From Escherichia phage T4, in the sequence record NC_000866.4: a DNA stretch of 64,000 nucleotides. The stretch is one strand, 5' to 3'. Shown one piece after another: positions 31,867 through 42,445 of the stretch (the first letter of the stretch is position 1; every line of letters starts with the position of its first letter). Under the pieces are notes generated by a model. It saw only the letters and a program-made list of their open reading frames with translations. It had not been told where the DNA came from and made no database searches. The position numbers and the translations under genes were made by a program.

Positions 31867-31916
31867 AATTTCCTCATTCAAGTTTTAGTGTAAATTATAA
31901 AGGCCGAAGCCCTCTA

Positions 31917-32603
31917 TTAAAAATCGTGGGTAGAATCAGCTTCAAGAGCTACCACATAATTCGCGTGTTCACCTTCAAATTTAGCAGCACCTTGTTTACC
32001 TTTTGCCCAAAGCAGAAGTTTATAATTTCCTGGTTGCATTTTCATATTTGCCATATTGATAATGAAATTAAATGTATTTTCACCATCATAATCACCAAGA
32101 GTCAAAGAATATTTAACACGGGTCAGAGCAGAATCTTCTACTTTATTAAAACCGTTAATTACGATTTTACCTTCTTTTACCGTGATAGCAATTGTATCAA
32201 TTTGCAGACCACGAGATACACGCAACAGCTGTTGAAGGTCTTCAGCTTTAATTTCAGTAACAGCAGATGCTACCGGGAATGGAATTGGTTTATTAGGAGC
32301 AACTACTGTACTCGGATCGGCTGCTGGCCAAAAAATTGTTGAGCGGGCATCAGCAATTTTAATATTTCCATCTTCTGACTGGGAAATTTCTGCATCATCA
32401 TTAACTAAAGACAGAATACCGAGAAAACCGTTCAAATCGTAAATTGCTACATCAAAATCAATAACGTCAGAAATATTTGCTTCCGCATAAGTTGTACCAT
32501 TAACTGCGCGAGTCATAATAAATTGACCGGATTTAAGCATAATACCAGAGTTAATAGTAGCGAAATTTTTAAGCAGAGCAGTAGTATCTTTAGACAGTTT
32601 CAT
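31917..32603 (-). CDS. 45: sliding clamp gp45
   Basis: 228-aa ORF MKLSKDTTALLKNFATINSGIMLK... Confidence 0.94.
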   Translation of the reverse strand: MKLSKDTTALLKNFATINSGIMLKSGQFIMTRAVNGTTYAEANISDVIDFDVAIYDLNGFLGILSLVNDDAEISQSEDGNIKIADARSTIFWPAADPSTVVAPNKPIPFPVASAVTEIKAEDLQQLLRVSRGLQIDTIAITVKEGKIVINGFNKVEDSALTRVKYSLTLGDYDGENTFNFIINMANMKMQPGNYKLLLWAKGKQGAAKFEGEHANYVVALEADSTHDF

Positions 32604-32658
32604 GTAATTTCCTTCAATTCAAATGAGATTTAATTTTATAACTAATTTAATAAAGCAA

Positions 32659-33048
32659 TTAACGATTAAAATCAGCCGCAATTGTTTCCGCAACAATTTG
32701 AGCAGCAACAATTAGACGTTCATCTGCATTACCGCAATAATCATCTTCAAGGCGTTCACCACATGAAGTCATAATAAATTTAGCACCGGCGTTTAGGGAT
32801 TCTGTAGTATGTTTGCGCATTAGTTCAATCCATTTATTACTTACTTCACGATCGATAGCTTCATAATACGCATGACGAGCAGGTGCAGATTTAATTTTGT
32901 TCTGAATAACTTCCATTGCGTTATCAGAAAGAGACAAAACCCATGCTCGACGAATTTTATTTTGGTTTTGTGGATTTGATTCAGAACGCACGTGTTTTGG
33001 CTGAATATCTTTTACATCAACAGTATAATTCACAGTAATTTTAGTCAT
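32659..33048 (-). CDS. rpbA: RNA polymerase-binding protein RpbA
   Basis: 129-aa ORF at the rpbA position; synteny and length. Confidence 0.65.
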
Positions 33049-33057
33049 AATACACCT

Positions 33058-33246
33058 TTAGTCATAATAATCAGTAACAGTCCAAGCTTCATTTCTATTG
33101 GACATTATTTTTGTATATTCTGCTTTAAATGCATTCCTAAGCATAGATTCAGTAACTATATGCTCTTCATTAGAAAAATTATTTCTCAGAATATATCGTT
33201 TTATTTCAGGAATAGTTAATAGATGCTGTCCAGTTGAATATTCCAT
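33058..33246 (-). CDS. hypothetical small protein
   Basis: 62-aa ORF. Confidence 0.5.
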   Translation of the reverse strand: MEYSTGQHLLTIPEIKRYILRNNFSNEEHIVTESMLRNAFKAEYTKIMSNRNEAWTVTDYYD

Positions 33247-33301
33247 GTTTTTCCTCCATAGAGATTATACTCTAATAAATTAAAGCATAATCTCTTATAA
33301 A

Positions 33302-34984
33302 TTAAACCATTACAGTAAATCGACCAACTTTCTTCATTTGAAGATGCTGACCATATTCTTGCGGGTCATGGTCTTTATGCGAAATTATAAAAACGTTAGT
33401 GTTTTTCATTGAATTTATAATATTAGCTACACCTTTAATACCTTCGGCATCAAATGACCCATCAAACACTTCATCAAGAATTAATGTACTAATACTAACA
33501 CCAGATACGATAGAAGCAATATCACGCCAAGTAAATAAAAGAGCAATATCGATTCGTGCCTTTTCACCTTCACTAAATGAAGCATAACTAAAATCTTCAC
33601 GACCACGGGATTTAATTGTCTCATTAAATTCTTCATCTAATGTAAACACATAATCCGCTTCCATTATTTTAAGATAATGGTTAATCTGCTTATTAAATAA
33701 TGGAATGTACTTTTTAATAATAGCACCTTTAATACCAGAATCTTTGAGCATATCAGTCAAAATTCCTCGGTGGTATTTTTCCATTACTAAATTAGTTTTT
33801 GTCTTAACAATTTTATCAAGTTCTTCTTGAAGCAGTGCTATTTCATCAGCATGGTCAATAAACTCAGAAGATGCTTTTTCTATAGCCGCTTTAACTTTTT
33901 TAGCTTTATCTACTGCTGCGATCAGAGATTGCTTTTTATTGCGAATATCATTTGCCAACGACTGCTGGGTTTTAATATTATCTCGGTATTCATCAACAAG
34001 AACTTTTAAATTATCACGATGTGTTGAAAGCTGTTCAAACGAATGTGTGCATTCAGAAACTTTATCTTTAATTTTAGAAACAACTTTATCACCGGAACTC
34101 AATTGTGACAAACAGGTTGGACATAATCCACCTTCGTGATACATATTAATGACTTTATTATACGAGTCAATTTTTGATTTAATTAAAAATGCTTCTTGAC
34201 CGATTTTATTAAATGCATCAGTCGGGTCTTCGTCCAAAACAATATTAACTAATCTTTCGTTAGCTTCTTCTATTTCCGATTTTAGCGTTCTAGCTTCTTT
34301 TGCCAAATCATCATACATATTTTGTAGACGAGTAAGGTTGTCACCCGTTAATTTTTTCTGGCGTTCAACATTATCATTATATATTTTAATTTGTTGGATA
34401 ATACTATCTTTTTTAACATCAAGCACTTGGTTCTGCGAATTTAATTCACGTATTAGTGCTTTATTAAGCTTATCCATTTCAGCTAATGTTCCTACCTCAA
34501 GCAGGTCTTCCACAAGCTTTCTTCGCGCAGGGGTCGACAAACCCATGAAAGGGGTATACCCTGCTGTACCAAGGACAACAATCTGCTTGAAACTGGCATA
34601 TGACATTCCGATAAGCTGTTCAAATTCTGCTTGGAAATCTTTACTGCTGGCAGATTCATTAAGACGTGTACCGTTAACGGTGATTTCGAAAACGTTTGGT
34701 TTTTGTCCTCTTTTGATATAGTACTTTTTCTCATCATATTCCATCCACAGTTCAACTAAAAGTTCTTTCTTATTTGTGCTGTTTATTAATTGACCTTTCT
34801 TTACATCGCGAAATGGCTTACCAAAAAGCCCAAATGTGATGGCTTCTAGCATAGTAGACTTACCACCGCCATTTCGTCCAGTAATAAGAGTTTTTTGAAC
34901 CTTATCTAATTGAATGTCAATCCCATTTTGACCAACTGACATTATATTTTTATATTTTACTCTATTAAGTTTAAAATTCTTCAC
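33302..34984 (-). CDS. 46: recombination nuclease subunit gp46 (Rad50/SbcC-like ATPase)
   Basis: 560-aa ORF, Walker A GRNGGGKST, coiled-coil middle. Confidence 0.92.
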   Translation of the reverse strand: MKNFKLNRVKYKNIMSVGQNGIDIQLDKVQKTLITGRNGGGKSTMLEAITFGLFGKPFRDVKKGQLINSTNKKELLVELWMEYDEKKYYIKRGQKPNVFEITVNGTRLNESASSKDFQAEFEQLIGMSYASFKQIVVLGTAGYTPFMGLSTPARRKLVEDLLEVGTLAEMDKLNKALIRELNSQNQVLDVKKDSIIQQIKIYNDNVERQKKLTGDNLTRLQNMYDDLAKEARTLKSEIEEANERLVNIVLDEDPTDAFNKIGQEAFLIKSKIDSYNKVINMYHEGGLCPTCLSQLSSGDKVVSKIKDKVSECTHSFEQLSTHRDNLKVLVDEYRDNIKTQQSLANDIRNKKQSLIAAVDKAKKVKAAIEKASSEFIDHADEIALLQEELDKIVKTKTNLVMEKYHRGILTDMLKDSGIKGAIIKKYIPLFNKQINHYLKIMEADYVFTLDEEFNETIKSRGREDFSYASFSEGEKARIDIALLFTWRDIASIVSGVSISTLILDEVFDGSFDAEGIKGVANIINSMKNTNVFIISHKDHDPQEYGQHLQMKKVGRFTVMV

Positions 34985-35244
34985 AAAAGATTCCTTTTAA
35001 TGTATCTTTTAGACCATTCTATCATATCATCATAATCTAAAAAGTATTCATCAAATTCAGCCATGCAAACAACGCCTTGTGCTGTTTTTGATGTGATATA
35101 AATTATTCCAACATATCTAGAATCTTCTTCGGTATAATCAATATTTGCTATGAATTCATCATTAATGTCAAATGTCGAAAACTTCACAGTATGCATCCTT
35201 AATACAAGATACAGCCATATCTCGTAATGATTTAGGTGTGTCAT
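34981..35244 (-). CDS. hypothetical protein
   Basis: 87-aa ORF. Confidence 0.55.
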   Translation of the reverse strand: MTHLNHYEIWLYLVLRMHTVKFSTFDINDEFIANIDYTEEDSRYVGIIYITSKTAQGVVCMAEFDEYFLDYDDMIEWSKRYIKRNLL

Positions 35245-35431
35245 TATCTAAAATGTTGAAGTTAAAAGATACAGCCCAGTCAGTGCAGACAGTAACCTTT
35301 TTAATACAATTATCTTCAACCTCTAACGGTTCAAACCAGTATTCAATAATTTCTTTATGACCAATATCATCTTTTACTTCACATTTAAAATGCTGACTCA
35401 TCATAACATTTTTAAATTCATCAAAAGTCAT
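35168..35431 (-). CDS. hypothetical protein
   Basis: 87-aa ORF, start likely at an internal Met. Confidence 0.5.
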   Translation of the reverse strand: MTFDEFKNVMMSQHFKCEVKDDIGHKEIIEYWFEPLEVEDNCIKKVTVCTDWAVSFNFNILDNDTPKSLRDMAVSCIKDAYCEVFDI

Positions 35432-36447
35432 TGTGTTGCCTCTACATATAGCTGATTTGCATATTGAATAAGTGCTTCACGGTCAGAATCAGTGATGTCT
35501 GGAATTGCATTAATATACTCTTCCATTAATGTCTGAAGCGATTGAACTTCAACTTCTTCACTGTCATCTGACTCGACAGAGTTATCAATCTTTGACACAA
35601 CTCGTAATGAATGCACAACTTTTTCTAGTTCAGATTCGAACTTCGTCAGATTTTTGTCTACTTCAGTTACTATAACACGTACTGATAGATTTGTAAAATC
35701 TTTATAGTCAATTTTTCCTTTAAATGGATAATGAATTCTACGATGCCAGGTAGTATTGTTTGGAATAAATTCCGTTCGTTCTGTTTCTGTATCAAACATC
35801 CAGAACCCACGAGGGTCATTCTCGTCACCTGCGGTTAGTGTCCATGGTGTCCCAATATATCTGACGTTTGCAGCCTCAGAAATAGTATGGAAGTGACCAG
35901 ACCACACTTCTTTATAAGTCTTAAGGAAATCGGGTTCAAGACCATGAGATTTCATTCCTTTATAAAAATAAAATCCATTCAGTTCCCAGTGACCAACACA
36001 AAAAGAAGCAGATGAAGTTTTGATATGCTCAAGAATTTCACCAGTATTTTCTTCGCACATCCAAGGAATCAAATCAATCAAACACCCGTCAAAATCTACT
36101 GTAGTAGGCTTATCATACACTTTAACATTAGGATATTTAGCCAAAAGCTCAGTAGAAGCATTTGGATGCATTACATTTTTATAGTGGAGATCGTGATTTC
36201 CTACAATAGTGTGTAATGTAATTCCAGCATCATCAAGCGTTTGAACTATTTCACGGGCAAACTCCATAGTTTTATGTGTGATCGCTTTTCGCACATCAAA
36301 AATATCACCGTATTGAATCCAGGTAGTAATTCCATTTTTCTTAGAATATTCTATCGCTTGCTTAATTCCATCAATTTGAATACCGCGAATCCACTCATCA
36401 TCAGCTTTAACGCCTAAATGCCAATCACCTAAATTTAAAATTTTCAT
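35428..36447 (-). CDS. 47: recombination nuclease subunit gp47 (Mre11/SbcD-like)
   Basis: 339-aa ORF with calcineurin-like phosphoesterase motifs (GDWH, GNHD). Confidence 0.92.
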   Translation of the reverse strand: MKILNLGDWHLGVKADDEWIRGIQIDGIKQAIEYSKKNGITTWIQYGDIFDVRKAITHKTMEFAREIVQTLDDAGITLHTIVGNHDLHYKNVMHPNASTELLAKYPNVKVYDKPTTVDFDGCLIDLIPWMCEENTGEILEHIKTSSASFCVGHWELNGFYFYKGMKSHGLEPDFLKTYKEVWSGHFHTISEAANVRYIGTPWTLTAGDENDPRGFWMFDTETERTEFIPNNTTWHRRIHYPFKGKIDYKDFTNLSVRVIVTEVDKNLTKFESELEKVVHSLRVVSKIDNSVESDDSEEVEVQSLQTLMEEYINAIPDITDSDREALIQYANQLYVEATQ

Positions 36448-36607
36448 ATATCAAGAACCGTCATTGAAATGCAAAATAAAATTATTGAAATAAATCCATC
36501 TGGAGTGCTAAAGAACCCAATCCAACATGCTCTAGTGAATAGATAAAATGCAAGAAAAAGTATCACATATCCAAGAAATATCATTATATCAAACTCCGTA
36601 TAAAGCT

Positions 36608-36622
36608 AAAGGGCCGAAGCCC
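36608..36622 (-). terminator. UUCG-tetraloop hairpin after the alpha-glucosyltransferase gene
   Basis: aaagggc-cgaa-gcccttt inverted repeat. Confidence 0.5.
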
Positions 36623-36623
36623 T

Positions 36624-37826
36624 TTATTTTGTAATAATGTCAAACTGTTCTTTAAAGCAGAAGCTTGAATCTTGATGCTGATACAAAAATTCATATGCTT
36701 TTTCTCGCTCACGGTCATAAAGAGCTCGGTCAGATGACAGTTCTTTAATACGTTCAAATGTTGATTCCATATCATTTTCATCAAACCAAATGATACCGCT
36801 ATCATGCGAGGTCAAAGGAGTATTATCAACACGGAATTTTAAATTTTCGCCAGTAGATTTCCAAAATACCGGAATTGTTCCACATGCACCAAGCTCGAGA
36901 TGAGTATATTCGAGTGAGCGTTGTAAGTATTTCTGGTTAAGTTTACTCAACTGATATCCAAAGCCAGATTTACTCATTCGTTCAAGCATTTCACTATTAA
37001 TATAACAATCTAGGATTTGTGCCGGTTGATTCGGCGCGAGATTCATTTTATCAATCTCACGATTACCGTAATATTCATACGGAATACCTTTTTCCTTAAT
37101 TGCAATAAAAGCAGGGGAACGTTCCAGACCTTCCATTACAGTGGATTTACCAGCAGGTTTTAAGAATTTTTCATGAAAATCAAACATCTGGTAAAAACCT
37201 TTCCATGTAGTCGTACGACCAATCCAACGGTTGATATTCATGTTAATTTCAGAAACATCTTTCCAATAAGTTGACCGAACCTTCACAATATCCATAGGAG
37301 GCTGAAAATTATATACTGTCGGTGCTTCTTCAATATCATCAAACAGAGAAACAGTTTCTGGATACCATTCTTTCATCAGAACTTTATTAAAATCACCATT
37401 ATCAGAATGGCTAAAAATAACATCAGCTCGACGAACAGTTTCTTCTAATCCCAAATTTCGACGCAAAGAAAGAACAGAATGATCATGCTGATAAACTACA
37501 ACACGAATAGAAGGTTTAATATTATCTAAAAGTTTTTTATAGTTATTAATCGTAGCTTCTTGAACGGAAGTAGCAGGAACAGAATTAATAATTAGAATAT
37601 CACAATCATTTACTAGCTTAAGTGCTTTATCGTATTCTTTAGCTAAAATAACTGGAATTGAAAATGATTTGTGGTCATGAGAACTTGTACGAGTAAATGA
37701 TTTATCTTTAGCATAAACCAAAGTTACTTCATGACCATTTTTAATAAACCAATCACGTTGCTCGAGTGAGAATTTTGTTACACCACAACCTTCAAGACCT
37801 CGAGCCATAAAAATGCAAATACGCAT
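36624..37826 (-). CDS. agt: DNA alpha-glucosyltransferase
   Basis: 400-aa ORF MRICIFMARGLEGCGVTKF... Confidence 0.9.
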   Translation of the reverse strand: MRICIFMARGLEGCGVTKFSLEQRDWFIKNGHEVTLVYAKDKSFTRTSSHDHKSFSIPVILAKEYDKALKLVNDCDILIINSVPATSVQEATINNYKKLLDNIKPSIRVVVYQHDHSVLSLRRNLGLEETVRRADVIFSHSDNGDFNKVLMKEWYPETVSLFDDIEEAPTVYNFQPPMDIVKVRSTYWKDVSEINMNINRWIGRTTTWKGFYQMFDFHEKFLKPAGKSTVMEGLERSPAFIAIKEKGIPYEYYGNREIDKMNLAPNQPAQILDCYINSEMLERMSKSGFGYQLSKLNQKYLQRSLEYTHLELGACGTIPVFWKSTGENLKFRVDNTPLTSHDSGIIWFDENDMESTFERIKELSSDRALYDREREKAYEFLYQHQDSSFCFKEQFDIITK

Positions 37827-37884
37827 AGTTTTCCTCTTTTCATTTAATAAATCATGTAAATAATATTTTATTTTCTATAAAACG

Positions 37885-38679
37885 CTACGAATAGGCCCAA
37901 ACATATCCATAAGCAATTTTGCTTTTTCCAGATATGCACTTTTTAATATTAGACATGCATCCTTTAACGGATACAGCTGCGTCTTTAATTCTAGGAAATA
38001 CTCGTAATAATTTTCCAGTAGTATCATATTGAAATACTGGCACATTTCTTTTCTGAGTTATCCCACGTTTAGATTTAGACATTTTTTGTTTAGTTGCATT
38101 AGACATCCTAGAGGGCTTTCCTATGTTATCAGAATAATAATATTTCCATTGAAATCCTCCAGCGGTTTTCCTTTTACCATCTACACATTGTTTAATTGAA
38201 GTTGAACAGCTATATGACATATCTTCTGCAGCATCTGTAATACATCTATATTTGCGAATAAAATTTCCATTTAAATCATATTGATAAATTGGTTTTCCAG
38301 CATTTCGTCTAGCGTTAGACATGTATTTTTTATTATCATCATCTTTCCAGAACTCTTTCATGCTTTCCGATATTGAAGAAGATACAGCTGTTTTAATCCA
38401 TCCATACATTTTATTATTTAGTCTTGTTCCGTCAGAACTATAACACATCATACGAATAGCTAAAGCCAATTTAGGAAGTCTATAAATTTTAAATAATAAT
38501 AAATGCGCGGTAAAATGTTCTTCTGGTGTCAAAAGAACTAAATTAGTTTTATCATCTGTACCACCCATACATCTAGGAATTATATGATGTGTTTCAGTAT
38601 AGTATGTCAAAAGACTTTTATCATTGCCTCTGTTTAGTCCTTTTTCGATCAGTAAATTATATATGTTTAAATAATTCAT
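37885..38679 (-). CDS. mobB: HNH homing endonuclease MobB
   Basis: 264-aa ORF with HNH motif (HHIIPRCMGGTDDKTNLVLLTPEEH). Confidence 0.8.
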   Translation of the reverse strand: MNYLNIYNLLIEKGLNRGNDKSLLTYYTETHHIIPRCMGGTDDKTNLVLLTPEEHFTAHLLLFKIYRLPKLALAIRMMCYSSDGTRLNNKMYGWIKTAVSSSISESMKEFWKDDDNKKYMSNARRNAGKPIYQYDLNGNFIRKYRCITDAAEDMSYSCSTSIKQCVDGKRKTAGGFQWKYYYSDNIGKPSRMSNATKQKMSKSKRGITQKRNVPVFQYDTTGKLLRVFPRIKDAAVSVKGCMSNIKKCISGKSKIAYGYVWAYS

Positions 38680-38730
38680 TTTAGTTTATTTTACCAAAAA
38701 ATTTATAAAGCAATATAGGAGCCGAAGCTC

Positions 38731-38922
38731 CTATCCACATAATACGCCATACAGAGGCTCGTTAGAACTTTTAAATTTTATGCGCTTATATGTTATAGTT
38801 CCTTCTGCTTTAGCTTTATCATGAGCCTCTTTAAAGCGTCTCATCATTTCCTCTCTAGAGGAACGAATTTTATTATAATCTATTTCAGAAGTCGGATGTT
38901 CATCTTTCACAGTTGCCACCAT
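38731..38922 (-). CDS. hypothetical small protein
   Basis: 63-aa ORF. Confidence 0.5.
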   Translation of the reverse strand: MVATVKDEHPTSEIDYNKIRSSREEMMRRFKEAHDKAKAEGTITYKRIKFKSSNEPLYGVLCG

Positions 38923-39113
38923 TTTTTGACTTGATAAGAATCAACCCACACTTTCATATTAGGGTCTGCTCTTACAATAGGAGGATTAACTTCTTTGATT
39001 GAACTATCACGGTATTCTTTTTCAGAAATTTTCACGCAAAGATGACCATTCAAAGATTCAGTAAATCCTGCATTAATTTTAAGACGCTTGAATTTTACGT
39101 GTGTAAGCATCAA
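38907..39113 (-). CDS. hypothetical small protein
   Basis: 68-aa ORF. Confidence 0.5.
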   Translation of the reverse strand: MMLTHVKFKRLKINAGFTESLNGHLCVKISEKEYRDSSIKEVNPPIVRADPNMKVWVDSYQVKKWWQL

Positions 39114-39396
39114 TCATATCCTCAATCTGCGATCTAGTAGTCTTCCAAAGAATACTGATGAGTTCATCGTTATATGGCTGTTTTAGAATATCCCGACTTT
39201 TCTTGATAGCATATTCGTATTGAGCAAAATTATTATTTTCAGCTGCGATCTGAGCGTGCTTATAAAGACGATTCAGTTCGCGTTTGTTTTTAGACAATAA
39301 CTTATTTGCTTTTCTTTCTGCTTCAAGACGGTTCTTTTCTTCAATAGAAGAAATAAGCTTTTCCACTTCATCATTAATTTCGGGTTTATCAGTCAT
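39079..39396 (-). CDS. hypothetical coiled-coil protein
   Basis: 105-aa ORF. Confidence 0.5.
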   Translation of the reverse strand: MTDKPEINDEVEKLISSIEEKNRLEAERKANKLLSKNKRELNRLYKHAQIAAENNNFAQYEYAIKKSRDILKQPYNDELISILWKTTRSQIEDMIDAYTRKIQAS

Positions 39397-39397
39397 A

Positions 39398-39643
39398 TTA
39401 TTTCTCTAATATAAAATAAAAATCATCATCTGTTAAATGATACCGATAGTTTAATTCTACACCATTAGATTTAAAAGCGGTATCATACGGATTTTCTGGA
39501 TCAATATCAATGTCAAGAGCTAAAACTTCCCTGAGATACATTTTAAGTAAATAGGGAATAGCTTCAACTTCAGGTATTTCTTCCAAGAATCCGGAGAGGT
39601 TAATCGTTAGCCTCATATAAAAAATCCAAACTAGGAGAATCAT
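39398..39643 (-). CDS. hypothetical small protein
   Basis: 81-aa ORF, start likely internal. Confidence 0.45.
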
Positions 39644-40157
39644 CTACAACACTTTTCTTTTCAGCCCCCGGTGTTCTATAGGTTGATTCTTCGTAATGCG
39701 TCATTTTATCATAGATGTCTTGAATAAAAGTTTCATCTACTAACGCAACCATATCGTCGTCACGGCTGTCATAGACATTGTGAACGAAGTAACTATATTT
39801 CTTTGCAACTTCCTTACGTTCTTTTTTAATACGTTGGACGAATGCATTAAAACAAGCTTGAGTTATATACGCATGTGGGTTTTTATATTTCGTTTCATCA
39901 AAATTGTGAAGCCCCTTAATAGAAGCTTCTATACCATCTGCAATCATTTCTTGTTTCCAAGACTGGGTGTATCCTGAAAAGTTGAAACGTTTAGATAAGC
40001 CTTCTGCAATAAGCATAATGGCTAATCCGATAGTATCATTCTGACGAACTACTTTATTTGGGTCTTTATTATTTGCTAATTCTGTTTTCCAATCAATAAT
40101 AGCTTGTAAAAGCTCTTTATTGTTTACGTAATTATATTTAGGCTTAGTTTCTGACAT
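39600..40157 (-). CDS. 55: late sigma factor gp55
   Basis: [26 protein letters not shown]...; ORF-track start is GTG, ATG at 40155-40157 gives 185 aa. Confidence 0.9.
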
Positions 40158-40192
40158 TTTCACCTCTTAGCTCAATTCATAGATCTATTATA

Positions 40193-40456
40193 TCATAATA
40201 TTTGAAGACCTATCTTAAAGCATAGAGGATGAATCAATTTCAAGCACTTCATCAGATTAGCCGCTCCAAGAGCTGCATCTAGTGAATCAAATTGGTCAAC
40301 ATATTCAATTAATTCGCCGTAATTAGCGTATAACCACCATTGGCTAAATTCATACTCAAGGATGAATCCATTTCCTTCAATTTGAGTTAAACCAATGCCA
40401 TTTGTATTTACTTCATACCCAGCGAGACGTAAATCGTTAATAAGAGCTTCGTTCAT
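40193..40456 (-). CDS. hypothetical protein
   Basis: 87-aa ORF. Confidence 0.5.
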   Translation of the reverse strand: MNEALINDLRLAGYEVNTNGIGLTQIEGNGFILEYEFSQWWLYANYGELIEYVDQFDSLDAALGAANLMKCLKLIHPLCFKIGLQIL

Positions 40457-40458
40457 AA

Positions 40459-40785
40459 TTATACCTTAGTAATTTTCAGGTCTGCAAATTTTTTCTTGCG
40501 TTGATTTTTCATGCGACGAATAGTTTTATCGGAAATTTCATGCTTTTGATAAGCTTTAGATTCTACACCAAAAGCTTTAACATCAAATTCTGACAAGATA
40601 TATTGAACCAACAATTCACGGACAGTATTGCGTCCAATCTTCTGATCATTCTGTTTCATCGTTTGATGAAGCTCTTTTTCCCATTTATCCAAAATTTGAG
40701 GAGTTACAATATCGCCTTTTTCTAGCAAAGAAACTACTTTATCATATGCGTAAGAATTGATGGCGTTTTTAATTTGAATAGTCAT
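40459..40785 (-). CDS. hypothetical protein
   Basis: 108-aa ORF. Confidence 0.55.
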   Translation of the reverse strand: MTIQIKNAINSYAYDKVVSLLEKGDIVTPQILDKWEKELHQTMKQNDQKIGRNTVRELLVQYILSEFDVKAFGVESKAYQKHEISDKTIRRMKNQRKKKFADLKITKV

Positions 40786-40798
40786 ACATTATCCTCAA

Positions 40799-41038
40799 TT
40801 ACGTTAAAATTTTATTATCCAAAAAGGCCGAAGCCCTTAGGCTAAACTTTTTGGCACCCTTCCAGCCTTCGTACATCATTGCGACTGACAATGACAAAGC
40901 TCCTTCACATGCTGCATACTTATTATTCCAGAACCAATTTAGAAAAACTTCATCCTCAATACCGTTGTGTTTCATGTTCTGGAAAAATTTGGCGCGTTCT
41001 TCAGCAATTCGCTGCGATAATTTAGATTCAGGATTCAT
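40799..41038 (-). CDS. hypothetical protein
   Basis: 79-aa ORF; a UUCG-loop hairpin is embedded in its 3' end. Confidence 0.5.
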   Translation of the reverse strand: MNPESKLSQRIAEERAKFFQNMKHNGIEDEVFLNWFWNNKYAACEGALSLSVAMMYEGWKGAKKFSLRASAFLDNKILT

Positions 41039-41254
41039 TTAAATTTCCCAATTGCCATTTTCATCAATAAATTTAATCCAGTCATTTACTGACCACTTGG
41101 TCGTATCGCCTTTTGGAGTAACATTTAAAGTGTATAGCCCTTGCTTAAAAAGCATGCGTTTGATATTCATATTTTCCTCAGCTGTAACGATAACACTCGT
41201 TTGATTTACGTTTAGCAACTCGTTGAGAAGTATTATAATCAAAATCATCATCAA
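41039..41254 (-). CDS. hypothetical small protein
   Basis: 71-aa ORF. Confidence 0.5.
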   Translation of the reverse strand: MMMILIIILLNELLNVNQTSVIVTAEENMNIKRMLFKQGLYTLNVTPKGDTTKWSVNDWIKFIDENGNWEI

Positions 41255-41516
41255 TGTAAACTGATTTTTTCAACTTTCTTACTTCACCGCGTAATTGACG
41301 ATTTAACTCATCTTTAACTTCTGAATCAATACCTTTCATTCTACGCCATTTATCTGAGCGAAAAATGTTTTCAACCATATCTTTATGACTTACCCCATCA
41401 GGAGCTTTACGCTTTCCGAAATAGTCATAATCACGCACTTTTAAGTCTTTACGACGATACGTTTTACCCATGGAGTTTAATTTCCTTAGCAACTGAACTA
41501 AATACAGCACGATCAC
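41178..41516 (-). CDS. hypothetical basic protein
   Basis: 112-aa ORF, start likely internal. Confidence 0.45.
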   Translation of the reverse strand: MIVLYLVQLLRKLNSMGKTYRRKDLKVRDYDYFGKRKAPDGVSHKDMVENIFRSDKWRRMKGIDSEVKDELNRQLRGEVRKLKKSVYIDDDFDYNTSQRVAKRKSNECYRYS

Positions 41517-41646
41517 AAATCATACGTTTATGTAACTTGAGTATAAGATAGTAAACATCAAAACCATTTACATAAGTAACACGAACAACATTACCATTCA
41601 CGAGATAATACTGTCCCTTTTTAATCTCTTTATCAACCACAACCAT
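41464..41646 (-). CDS. hypothetical small protein
   Basis: 60-aa ORF downstream of an early promoter. Confidence 0.5.
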   Translation of the reverse strand: MVVVDKEIKKGQYYLVNGNVVRVTYVNGFDVYYLILKLHKRMICDRAVFSSVAKEIKLHG

Positions 41647-41676
41647 ATCAATTCCTCAAAGGTAATTCATATGTTA

Positions 41677-41706
41677 ATAATACCACGGTTTGAACTTGTT
41701 GTAAAC
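41677..41706 (-). promoter_or_regulatory. early sigma70-type promoter
   Basis: Minus strand GTTTACaacaagttcaaaccgtgGTATTAT. Confidence 0.5.
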
Positions 41707-41786
41707 AACTTTGTGAAAAATATTTTAGGGAATGATAAGAAAGGAACGATAGCTTAGAATGGTAATATACAGAATGTGAGAAAGAA

Positions 41787-41803
41787 AGGCCCAGAGGGCC
41801 CGT
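41787..41803 (-). terminator. GC-rich hairpin after nrdH
   Basis: ggccc-aga-gggcc inverted repeat directly after the nrdH stop. Confidence 0.5.
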
Positions 41804-41804
41804 C

Positions 41805-42113
41805 TTAATCTTCTATGATATCTCTATCATATCCAAGTGAAATGAGAGTTTCTTTGAAGTGTTTAATGTTCTTTTGTCTAGAATCATTAATGAAAATGAC
41901 TGGATAACGAATGTTAAGAGATGTGAATCCAGCGCGTTTAGCAAGAGATACAATCAGCGGACGATCATACTCAATCTTACCATTATTTGTAAGAACTTTA
42001 TAGAAAGTAAAAGGAGCATTGAGCTCCTTTAGAAGTTTTGTAACTGATTGACATCCAGGACAACGACCTACTTCATCTGGAATTCCATAGACTTCAATCT
42101 TATTTTGTTTCAC
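41805..42113 (-). CDS. nrdH: glutaredoxin-like protein (CPGC active site)
   Basis: 102-aa ORF with CPGC redox motif. Confidence 0.72.
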   Translation of the reverse strand: MKQNKIEVYGIPDEVGRCPGCQSVTKLLKELNAPFTFYKVLTNNGKIEYDRPLIVSLAKRAGFTSLNIRYPVIFINDSRQKNIKHFKETLISLGYDRDIIED

Positions 42114-42115
42114 AA

Positions 42116-42328
42116 CTATTCCTTACTAAGAGCAGCATTCAGCTTGTTAGTAATTTTATCCAGACGCTCATTGAATTCACTAGAAGATAAGCCCTTTTCT
42201 GGAGAAATCAAACTAATCACGAAAAATATAGCAATAAAAGGAATAAGGAAAATAGCTCCAACTGCCATAAACAGAAAGAATGTTACAGTTGTAAGAAAAT
42301 CAGCTAAACCTTTACGAAATTTATACAT
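42116..42328 (-). CDS. hypothetical small membrane protein
   Basis: 70-aa ORF with one hydrophobic helix. Confidence 0.5.
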   Translation of the reverse strand: MYKFRKGLADFLTTVTFFLFMAVGAIFLIPFIAIFFVISLISPEKGLSSSEFNERLDKITNKLNAALSKE

Positions 42329-42445
42329 TTACATTTACCTTTAATTGATTAACCAAGCATTGATAAGCACTAAACTATACTGCGAATAAAATTCTGGACC
42401 AAAATGAAAATCATATCATTTATAGTATCCATAATGTAATTCAAT

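Noticed and set aside
31926-32342. 138-aa plus-strand ORF antisense to the sliding-clamp gene 45
   Set aside because: Entirely inside a conserved minus-strand gene; no start-site signals.
36584-36805. 73-aa ORF overlapping the C-terminus of the alpha-glucosyltransferase gene
   Set aside because: Alternative frame inside a recognised CDS.
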